Source of the DNA: Dudresnaya verticillata
Taxonomy: Eukaryota
Direction of reading: 5' to 3'
Assembly: GCA_977862235.1 (NCBI GenBank)
Contig: OZ374558.1
Location: 1-64,000 of the forward strand
Length of the DNA stretch: 64,000 bases
Shown: piece after piece, positions 20,829 through 30,441 of the stretch
Numbering within the stretch: the stretch's first letter is position 1
Layout: the number at the start of each line of letters is the position of its first letter
Program-made: the position numbers and the translations under genes
Notes under the pieces: generated by a model
What the model was told of the DNA's origin: nothing
The model's database searches: none
Seen by the model: the letters and a program-made list of their open reading frames with translations, nothing else

Positions 20829-23437
20829 ACGATTGTTGAAGTTGACTTCATATCGTTGTTTGCCATGCGTAGACGTGGTAACGCTGTATCCATCAGCTTT
20901 TCGAGTCGCGCGGTCAGCCGCTTCTTGACATTAACCGCTGGCACGTTCGCAACGTCTACCGTCTCTGCTTTCTCCATTAGAAGTGAAGTCGGCGGGTTGG
21001 ATAGAACCAAGTCAACGCGCGCGAGACCCGTCGCACGATGAACGGTCGTGTTGTATGCGTACGCCAGAGCAGACGTGAATTCATCCCAATCTTTTTGGTC
21101 TTCAGCAATGAAATGCCTCAGCCCGGCTAACAGGGTACGATTGAACCTTTCGGTTTGTCCGTTCATCTGTGGATGATACGTCGATGTAAACAGATTCCGA
21201 ATCTTGAGAATGCCGCAGACGGCTATGAAGAACTTAGACGCAAATTGCGAACCATTGTCCGACAGGACATAACGGGGAGGCCCGTAGGTGTATATCCAAT
21301 GTTCACAGAACGCTTTCCCCACAGTATAATCCGTTACCGTTTTCAATGGTATCGCTCGAGTGAGCTTTGAGAAGCGGTCCGTCATCACGAGCAGATACTC
21401 GTTGCCCTTGCTCGATCGAGGTAGCGGCCCTAGGATACCAATCCCCACGAACTCCAACGGCATAGTAGCCGGAAACAACTTCATATGAGAAGCGTGTTGT
21501 CGTAGCTGAACACGCTCCTGTGCACATTTCACACAGTTTCGAACTGTCGCATATACGGCGAGAGCCATGCCAGGCCAGAATACTTGTCGGCGCAAGTTAT
21601 GATACATCCTTGTCCCACCGGGGTGACCGGCCATCTCCGGGTAGTGCGCGAGATGTAGGACCCGTTCTTGAAGGACTCTAGGTATCACTACCTGTAGTGT
21701 CTTGTCTATATAAGACCGTCGGACTATCAATCCTCGTTCATCTTCCAGATAGCAGCCTGGCCTTCCGGATTCAATGGCGAGTTTGATACCCATACAGAAT
21801 TGATCGGTTCGCTGAGAGCGAAGAATTTCCTCCACGGTGAGCAGAGAAAGACTCTTTTCGTCCACTTCTTTCTCAGCCACGTTGGCTATTAGTTGTTCAT
21901 CCTCGAGTAACAACTCGACTGAGTCGTCCTCGGGTTCCACCTCCCAGACCTCCAAAGGTCGGGACGGGGTATCCGTTCGCGAATCTCTTCCATCCGAAGG
22001 GTCACGAAGGTCAGACCGATCACTGTCAGCGATTACAAAGCAAGGAATCTCCAGATCTGGTTCCCAGCTGGTAAAACCATAAGTAGGTAATCGAGAGACG
22101 GCATCAGCTATCTGATTCTTCTTCCCCTTACGGTATTGAACCGTGAAGTCGTATTCGAGGAGTCGCAAGCGCCAACGCGCTAATCGTCCGGATGCATCCG
22201 TCATACTCATCATCCACTTGAGCGCCTGGTGGTCGGTGTACAAGTCAAAATGCGACCTTTCTAAATATGGTCGGAGCATTTGGGTGGCCCAGACCACCGC
22301 GAGGCATTCCTTCTCGCCGACGGAGTAATTCCGTTCCGCCTGAGTCAAGCCTCGGCTCCAAAACCCGATAGGGTGACGGGTTCCGTCTGGTTCCATTTGC
22401 ATAAGGGCACACCCTATCTGATAGTCACAAGCGTCGGTGTCCACCGATAGAGGTCTATCTTCCTTCGGAAGTCGGAGAATCGGTGGCGCTATGAGCGCCT
22501 TTTTCAGTAACTCGAACGCTTCGCGTTGCTTTTCATCAAACGGAGGCAGTTCGAATCCCACATCCTTCTGAAGAAGTCTATTAAGCGGTGATGCAACTCG
22601 TGCGAAGTTCGGCACAAAGCGTCTGTAGACGTTACAGAACCCGATGAACGATCGTAGTTGAGTCTGAGTCTTAGGTTCTTTGAAGCCTTCAATGGCTTGG
22701 GTATTCTTCGTAGCTACTTCCAGTAGTCCAGGCCTGATCACGTGGCCAAGGTAATCCACACTCTTCGTGAAGAAGTTGCACTTCTTGAGTTTGAGCGATA
22801 CTCCCGCTTCTTTCAATACTGAGAGTATTTCTTGAACATGACCTAAGTGTTCGTCGATACTCTTTGAGAAGATTATGATATCATCCAAGTAGACGAGACA
22901 GGATTTCCATCGGTAACCCGATAACAGGATATCAACGGTTCTCTGAAAGGTCGCCGGTGCGTTGCACAATCCGAATGGCATTCGGCAGAAATGGAAGCAA
23001 CCTGCATGACAGGTAAACGCTGTTTTGGCCTTATCTTCCGCTGCTACGGGTATTTGCCAGTAGCCCGAATTACAATCGAGAGTTGTAAAGTACTGGGCGT
23101 CGCCCAATGAGTCTAAACACTCATCCATTCGAGGTAGAGGATATGAATCCTTAATTGTGATCGCATTCAGTTTCCTGTAGTCGACACAGAAACGGAGAGA
23201 TCCGTCAGGCTCCTTAACCAGCACTACTGGGCTTGCGAACTCCGAGCGCGCAGGCTCTATGACTCCTTCCTTGAGCATCTTATCGACTTCGTCTTGTTCC
23301 GCTTGTCGCGCTATCGGTCCTGACCGATATGGTTGGGCGAATACGGGTTTGGAACCGTCAGTAAGCTCGATGCGATGCTCTGTGACTTTGATGGTCCCGA
23401 GCTTTCCGCTCCACATGTCAGCGAACGGTCGTAGCAT
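20819..23437 (-). CDS. pol: Gypsy pol: reverse transcriptase, RNase H, integrase (first catalytic Asp appears mutated, FVGIGILGP)
   Basis: RFCVDYRKLN, YLDDII, DTDAC..IG, HHCC zinc finger, SDNGSQF, GQTERFN. Confidence 0.95.
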   Translation of the reverse strand: MLRPFADMWSGKLGTIKVTEHRIELTDGSKPVFAQPYRSGPIARQAEQDEVDKMLKEGVIEPARSEFASPVVLVKEPDGSLRFCVDYRKLNAITIKDSYPLPRMDECLDSLGDAQYFTTLDCNSGYWQIPVAAEDKAKTAFTCHAGCFHFCRMPFGLCNAPATFQRTVDILLSGYRWKSCLVYLDDIIIFSKSIDEHLGHVQEILSVLKEAGVSLKLKKCNFFTKSVDYLGHVIRPGLLEVATKNTQAIEGFKEPKTQTQLRSFIGFCNVYRRFVPNFARVASPLNRLLQKDVGFELPPFDEKQREAFELLKKALIAPPILRLPKEDRPLSVDTDACDYQIGCALMQMEPDGTRHPIGFWSRGLTQAERNYSVGEKECLAVVWATQMLRPYLERSHFDLYTDHQALKWMMSMTDASGRLARWRLRLLEYDFTVQYRKGKKNQIADAVSRLPTYGFTSWEPDLEIPCFVIADSDRSDLRDPSDGRDSRTDTPSRPLEVWEVEPEDDSVELLLEDEQLIANVAEKEVDEKSLSLLTVEEILRSQRTDQFCMGIKLAIESGRPGCYLEDERGLIVRRSYIDKTLQVVIPRVLQERVLHLAHYPEMAGHPGGTRMYHNLRRQVFWPGMALAVYATVRNCVKCAQERVQLRQHASHMKLFPATMPLEFVGIGILGPLPRSSKGNEYLLVMTDRFSKLTRAIPLKTVTDYTVGKAFCEHWIYTYGPPRYVLSDNGSQFASKFFIAVCGILKIRNLFTSTYHPQMNGQTERFNRTLLAGLRHFIAEDQKDWDEFTSALAYAYNTTVHRATGLARVDLVLSNPPTSLLMEKAETVDVANVPAVNVKKRLTARLEKLMDTALPRLRMANNDMKSTSTIVCV

Positions 23438-23556
23438 TTTGCGGACGCGACGTCTGTCAGACGCAGAGAGGTGTTCCAGAGTCAGGTCGTTGACTGTTAG
23501 GTTTTCGGTAGCGGTTTTAACGCCTGGCTTCGAGTCGGCAACGCCGAGAGCAGCAG

Positions 23557-24618
23557 CTAGCCCTGCCCCCCTACATCGAAGGATGTTTCTGACTTAGGAC
23601 TCGAGTCTTTCGACGGCGGGACTGGGGTGTCAGGGACATTGTCGATGGAAACCGAATAGACCGGCGTGGCCGTAGGAGCTGGGATGGCTCGGCCAATTAC
23701 TTGGTTTTTGTTGAGTCGCTGTACGCGAGATGAAAAGTTGGCAATCTGTACGCGGAAAAGAACGTTCTCTTGAAGCGAGACGATTCCGTTCGTGACGAAC
23801 ACTTGTTGACGGTCGTACAGGCGTTGAAAAGAATCCAGGAAGTGAATTCCTTTAGCCGCACACGTGACGGCGACCCAGGTTTCCGAACCGGGTTTCAAAT
23901 TAGTAGTTAGGGCAACTCTGATAAGTCGCGAGTTAGGTAGAGGAGGTACCTCCATAGGTTCGCCAGAGCTTTCAGCTCGCGGGATTCCGCAGCGGTGGCG
24001 TAGAATCGGGTGCACCGAGCCGTCTCGAAGGACGACGTGTTGCTTGCGCACTCGTAACCCGTCGACGTGGGTATCGATATAGGTACAACCCAAAATCATA
24101 TCCACGGCTAAAGCCTTGACTACGACGAACGGTTGACGAACCGTATAGGTCCCAATCCTGACGTCGAGGGAGATCATCGCCAAGGTAGTTAATCGGTGGC
24201 TTGATGCTGAGGTGAAGTTAACGATCGAGCGGTTCGATGAAATCTTCTTTCGGTCTTCCAAAGATAGCACATCTGCTCTGATGAGGTTAGGGCCCGCGCC
24301 CGTGTCCAGTACTGAGAGGACTTGAGTTAAATGTTCAACAGAGGTCCCAACGGACGCCACAACTTTATAGTTGTATCGCGAGAGAGAGCAGATTGGGTCC
24401 TTAACATACTCATGATACTTAGACCCGGGGGGTAAGCCCACGGGGCGTGCTAATATCTTCTTTGGAAGAAGAGGCGGAAGTTTCGGTGACACCGATCGGT
24501 CGGTTGAGGAAGCGCTTAGGAAGTCGCATTCCTCCGAACGATCGGGCGGTTCCGATATGACTGATACGACCGGAGTCGCCCAGTGAACCGAAACCGGTTC
24601 CCCCCTAGCTAGTTTTTC
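23557..24618 (-). CDS. Gypsy aspartic protease region, in the -1 frame relative to gag
   Basis: LDTGAGPNLI catalytic motif and ILGCTYI flap-end motif. The frame is open from 24618. Confidence 0.85.
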   Translation of the reverse strand, partial: EKLARGEPVSVHWATPVVSVISEPPDRSEECDFLSASSTDRSVSPKLPPLLPKKILARPVGLPPGSKYHEYVKDPICSLSRYNYKVVASVGTSVEHLTQVLSVLDTGAGPNLIRADVLSLEDRKKISSNRSIVNFTSASSHRLTTLAMISLDVRIGTYTVRQPFVVVKALAVDMILGCTYIDTHVDGLRVRKQHVVLRDGSVHPILRHRCGIPRAESSGEPMEVPPLPNSRLIRVALTTNLKPGSETWVAVTCAAKGIHFLDSFQRLYDRQQVFVTNGIVSLQENVLFRVQIANFSSRVQRLNKNQVIGRAIPAPTATPVYSVSIDNVPDTPVPPSKDSSPKSETSFDVGGQG

Positions 24619-27115
24619 GGCCTACTAGCAGGAGACCGTGGTAGCGGTGGAGGTGGCGGAAGGGTTCGGGACCCTGGTCTTGGCGAGCGTGGCGCCGTCG
24701 GTTGCTGTCGCGGCGCGTCCACTGGGTGGTTCAACCCTCCTTGAAATTGGACATGGGTATTTCTACCGGGGGCCGGCCCCAAATTTTGGGGAGGCCCTCT
24801 CGATGGCCCTGCTCCACGTCCTGACGATGCATAATCGTGATGCTCCGTGCGGGTGTTCCCGTTTGCAAATTCGGGCAAGCGCCCGATGGTTGCTAAACAT
24901 GCCTTCTGTTCGCGGGACAGTTGGTAAAACTGCTGGCGTTTTAAAGCTTCAAATGACGGTTCATCCGTACGAGCCAAATAGGGGCAATTAGGCTTTTTAT
25001 GACCTACGCCAAGACACTCAAAGCAGATGTCGTTTGGCATGTCCTCGACAGTCACCCATCCCGGACGTTGAGTCCTCGTAGGTTGTGCCCATGCAGGTAG
25101 CCTGTTATTGTAGTTCTGAAGAACGGCGTTGACTTCTCCGTAGTACGGCCGGTCGCTTGGCACACCCGACCCCGTATCTGATTGGGTTACTGTAGAGGGT
25201 GGCGCTTCGCTATCAATGGCTGCTACGACAGCGTCTTCACTGTCCGCGTCAGAGCTAGTGCTCTTTGAGGTGTCCGAATCCGAGGACCGTTGAGTCCTAT
25301 TTTGACGAATGAGGAGGGCGCGTCCTGACTTGTGAGTCTTTACCCGAGCCATGGTTTTGTGAGGTAGCGCTGAGCTCGCTTTCCGAAGACGTCCGCCACC
25401 CGCTAGGGCGCGGTGTGAATCTCCTTGCGCTGTCGCCAGCTCCACATAATCCGCCAATCGCGCAGAGCGAGGATCCAAAGCCGACGTGCTCAAGAGCGGT
25501 TTGACCGCTGGTAGTAATCCACGTATAAAACGAGTTATCAAGTCCTGTTCGGAGTAGACTCGAGCGACCTTTCGCGCTTTGTTTTGCAGACGTCTAGAAA
25601 ACGAAACTTCATCCTCGGCCGACTCTTGAGTCATCATATCCATTTCTGAAGAAATCTTCTCGATGTATACATCCTTGGCGTAGGTACGCAGAAGATAATT
25701 GATGGCTTCCGGCCATTCGTTGAATCCGCCGTTATCGTCTCCGGCTGCATCAATGTTCGCCTCGAACATGTCCTTTGCATCCTTTTCAAGGAACTCGGGT
25801 ATGACCAGGATGGCCGCACCTTCACTCACTTGAGCTTGATCAAGCTGTCGCTTTAAGGTGGCTAGAAAGCCAATAATAGCAACAGGGTCACTCCCATCGA
25901 ATCTTCGACTCCTCATCACGGATTTAATCCGTTTAATCTTCTTCGACGTGGCTTCGGTCACCTCGGGTCCTCGATATGAATCGACGTTCAGCAACCGATA
26001 TCTCCTGTATGAAAGGACCTGGGTAAAGCAGGGTTTCGCGGAGTTAACTCCTTGATTCCCGCTCGTCGGGGTCCTCGCCAGGAACTCCAGGAAGGTCTGG
26101 AGAGGCATCTAGACGTCGGTTCGTCCTCATCCGATTGCATCGGGGTATGATGCAAGTGACTTTGACGCTGTTCGTCCAACCTACGGCTAGAGAGCCGGTC
26201 TTGTCGGAAGTCCTTGGGGTTGCGGCATGCGTTTGATCCGTGAGCTGTCCGGCAATCACACCGGCGGTGTTCAGACCTCCCACGACCAAAGTCGTCGTTC
26301 CCGGACTCAACATCCGAGTTTCGTCTCGGAGATGTCCTGCGACGGTCCCTCATACCACGGGGCACAGGGGAGCGTCGCCGCCCGACCTCGGGGATTAAAT
26401 CCCTCTCGCGGCTAAGTCGCCGCATCCTTGCTTCCAGCAATGAAACCTTCCGCTTTTCCGCATCAAGCCCTTGTCTTAAGAGCTCGATCGCTCTTTCTTG
26501 TTCGACACACCTTGTGTCGTCTACGTTTCTACGAACGTCTTCTATAGCCATGAAGGCTTCCTCTCGAGTGAGGTCGGTAACCTTGGTAAGCGTATGGGGA
26601 TTTCCATGGACGGCGTCCAACTGGTCGCCCAGTGAATCAACCTGTGCTTGCAGGGTTTCGACCCTTTCTTCTTCCAATCCTCTTGAAAGAGGACCTTGTT
26701 GGAATCGAGATACGATCTCTTGTTGACACTTAGCCAACAGGCGGTCGTCTCGGCGCGCCGACGCCTCGTCGAAATATCTCTTCACCTTTGAAAAGGTATC
26801 ATCGGCTTGGCTTTCCAGGAGCGCTACAACGCTCGTCGTTAATGACCGTTCGATTCCCAATTCGACCAGGCGCCCTATTTCACGTTCCGTGAAGCAGCGC
26901 GCACCCGACGAATTGTAATTCGTTCTTGGCGGCGGCCCCACGTCCGGGGTCGCCGAGTTTTCTTCTTCTAGGGCACGTCCACCTTCGGCTTGTAGACTGG
27001 CTAAAGCCATGGATGGCGGCATCGTTCCAGGGTTCGAACCCAAATTCTCCCCGATGTCAGCGGGGAGGTCTCCGACGGTTCGAACCGTAGTTTCTCCTTC
27101 CGGGACCAGATACAC
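24609..27115 (-). CDS. gag: Gypsy gag (split into ORFs 25988-27115 and 24609-26108)
   Basis: Capsid-like FDGSDP...QESAEDEVSFSRRL and zinc knuckle CFECLGVGHKKPNC, preceded by a coiled-coil N-terminal ORF. Confidence 0.8.
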
Positions 27116-27735
27116 ACCTGGCCCCGGTACTTCTTCTCCAGCCGGGGCGCCCGTCGTTCTTGGCGGACGTCCCGGCTCATCCGTTTCCGGATTTCTTATA
27201 AGGGCGGTTCAAACCGCACGAGTGCGAGCCCCAATCGTCCTTACGGATGCAAGACTGCCAGTTCGGCTAGCTCCACGGCTCGTTATCCCGGGCCGGGTAG
27301 TGTCGCCATTAGATGTCGGCATCTTCTTGGAATTTTCGGGAATTTTCGGCTCTGCCGACGAGGCAACGGGGACTTCTTCCCAGGCTTCTCGACGGTTCGG
27401 AACCGTAGCGTTACACGTGTTTTCTCAGGATGCACGGAAAAACTGTTGAAGTAGCTCAGCCCGGGCGTCAGTCCGACGTTGAAAGGTACTTCTATGGACG
27501 GTTAAAAACCGTCAATGTAGTTTGCTTGCTCACACGAATTGACGTAACTCCGGAGCTTGAAATAAAGCGTAGAAACCGTCGACAATTAGACGACTAGGGT
27601 TTTACCCTTCGAGAGGAAGAATTCTTGAAACTTCAACGGACTAACCGTCCTGTCTTGAGCGTCTTGATTCGACCCTTCGGGGGTAAAGTAGTAAAAGGGT
27701 CAACCCAGAGAACTTGTTCTAGGTCGGGAGACCAC

Positions 27736-28431
27736 TGTAGTAGAATAGCTTTCAAGCCAGAGTAGAAGGCAACACAGCACGACAGCTGTCCTGAAACCGT
27801 GATCCCACTCTCCCACTCGCGTGGTTGGTAGCTCCAAAAGGGGTGGTAGGGACTTGAGAGGGCGGTAAGCCCTGCAAAAGGGGGAAAAAAGGGAAGGCGA
27901 ACCGTACTGCTTAGAGCAGTCGTCGTAGGTAGCACGGCTTGTAAACGCCTAACGGGGATTGTAGCGGTGATACCGTGAGAGTCCAACAAAGGGAAAAAAA
28001 CCCAAGGCACACACCGCTGCCCATTTAGTGCGGGGCCCCTGCCACTCAGGGGCCTAATAAAAACGGCGGGAGCCGAAAAGGTACTACCCGCTCAGTTAGA
28101 GCTATAATGCTAACAGTGAGCTAATACTGTACTACCCGCTCAGTTAGAGCTATAATGCTCACAGTGAGCTAATACTGTACACTAACAGTTACACTAGCGA
28201 TTAAAAATAGGAATGAGCGGTCATACCGCTTCCGTACGTACGGCGCCATTGTAAGGCGCCACACCCAAAATAGACGTGCCATCATGGCGCGTGTCCACCA
28301 CTCAGCGCGCATAGCGCTCACGTAGTTAATTGTCCAATGGCGAGCAGCCATCTCAATCCTGTATGCGACGCCATACAGGCTTCGCGTGTACACGTGGCTC
28401 TTTACCGAGCCCCAGCGCTGGTTATACCACT
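27736..28431 (-). repeat. Gypsy 5' LTR
   Basis: Matches 14995-15681 with several substitutions and indels. Terminal base is mutated (A to T at 28431). PBS at 27722-27734. Confidence 0.93.
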
Positions 28432-30441
28432 TCTACCACCACCAACGCTACCTGAGTCCGTCCCGGCACTTGTATCACCCCCTTGTCTGTTGCTTCCCAA
28501 TATCCGTCTCGGTTAGCCGCTCGCTGTTCTCCCGTCTCGGTGCGAACTGCTCTACCACCCCGTAGAGGTAATGTTGCTCTCGTCTGTTAAGGAAAGTCAG
28601 GCCAGCTGTCCGTCTCGGAGTTCGTGGGTTTTCACTACACCACAATGCGCCGTGCAGCCGCAGCAAGGGCAACGACGCGGCGCTGCGCGCCGCTATGCAC
28701 CGTGCAGCCGCGCCGAAGGCGCGACCGAGTTTTGTAACCTCTGTGGCAGGATGGGATACTGTGGGATACCGGGGTAGGTTGGGGTCGCTTGATAACGACA
28801 GGTGCCTTACAATTTCTTTGTGATGATATTCGTTTCCAAGCCGTGAGACCGGTGCGGTTTTAATCACATAAATTAAGAATGGAGGCGCACGGCGGGACTG
28901 TAAGATCGTACCACTATTGCGCGGCGGCGCGTCAGTAAATTTACTGTCAGAACACCGGAGTGCACCAATGCGCGCGCGGTTGTACCAATTTAACTATGTA
29001 AAGTAGCTCTCTAGGCCCCTAGGACAGGTTTGGTTTTAATCACATAAATTAAGAATGGAGGCGCACGGCGGGACTGTAAGATCGCATCACTGTAGTGCGG
29101 CGGCGCTGTCAATTTACTGTCAGAAAATGGGAGCGCACCAATGGGCGCACGTTGCGACAAAATGGAGCCAATCGTGTGGCGCGGCTTGGCGGTGAGCCAA
29201 TGGGGTTGCAGCTTTGCTGCTGCTGCTGCTCCTGCTGCTGATGCTGCGGCTGCTGATGCTGCTGATGCTGCTGATGCTGATGCTGCTGCTGCTGAATTTT
29301 TCTATTGGGCGTAAAGCCCAGTAATAGTAATATCTTTAGGCGTGCGTAGAAATAGAATTGGCGGCAAGGGATGGTAATGGCGGGCGGATGCTAAATTCTA
29401 CATATTTTTTACGTGTACGAAGCCCTCGAGGGGCCTCGTACACTAATCATTACTATGGGGAGAACTATGGGGAGAACTGGCCAAATGACTTGTTGGTCTT
29501 CGCTCTTTTATCGCCAACGTACTCTCATTTTGGCCATAGGAGCATCTTCATATGCGGTTTTAAGGCCGTCAAAACTGCAGTGGTTTCCTTAAAAGGGGAG
29601 AGCTCGTGCTCAATCCTGTTTGACACATCGTATCCTGGAGGAATCGCCACGGTAGCATGAAAGAACTGTTCTCCGCCAGTGCGGATTTCGACCGAGCCCC
29701 GCAATAGGTCTATTCTGTACCTCTTCATACCTCGTCTACGACCGAAGAAATAGTCGTCCTGGTCGCGATTAAAGGAGCGGGGAGATAAAAAGCATAGCAG
29801 GCAATGCCAAGTAGACCAAGAGGAGGGAAACTTGGCCTTCGCCGCTAACCGTCGTCATCGCTGCAGCCCTTATGTTGTAAGCAACAGAGTCGCGAGCCTT
29901 CCTTCATCGCAGCGCGGTGCACATGTATTTGGCGCCTGCGCGGATTGGCTCACTGTGGGATCTTTTGACCACTCCCAAACATCGTCATCGTACCGCTGCA
30001 GTCTCGCGCTCCGCCGCTCAGCTCAGTCTCGCAATCCCATCCGTCATCCACCGCCAGCATTTCGTGCCCACCAAACCGTTGTGCAGTCTCGCCGTCACGG
30101 CCGCTGCCGCGCCGTGTATGACATGGGCTGTAGCGATGACGTCGTTTGTGCGTGGCCGAAACATCTCGCAGAGCGCCAATCGGCGCAAGCGCCAAATACA
30201 CGTGCACTGTGCTCTGACGTGACAACGCGCCTTTCGACTTTTACAACATCCGCTCCAAACAGCTCCGCCGCGCGGCACACCGCCGCCCACGCCGCGCTGC
30301 AGCACCTCCCGCCGTCCCACTCGCAACTTTCATCGCGGCATAAATAGCGCCGTGCGCTTGGCGCACTCGCTCCCGACACACACACCCCAACCATCCCTTC
30401 TCCAACCGCCTCCACCCGCTCGACCGCCCGCTCCTGCCGAC

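Larger units (their letters stand above)
14995..28431 (-). mobile_element. Full-length Ty3/Gypsy LTR retrotransposon with chromodomain (chromovirus-like), 13.4 kb, degenerate
   Basis: Similar LTRs at 14995-15681 and 27736-28431. TSD TCTAC at 14990-14994 and 28432-28436. PBS TGGTCTCCCGACC follows the 5' LTR and PPT AAGAAGGGGGCCG precedes the 3' LTR. Domain order is gag-PR-RT-RH-INT-CHD. Confidence 0.95.

Noticed and set aside
30352..30441. Upstream GTG starts of the Sel1 genes given in the ORF track (also 57071)
   Set aside because: They fall immediately after the TATA-like box, and the ATG 90 nt downstream is the start conserved in all four paralogs.
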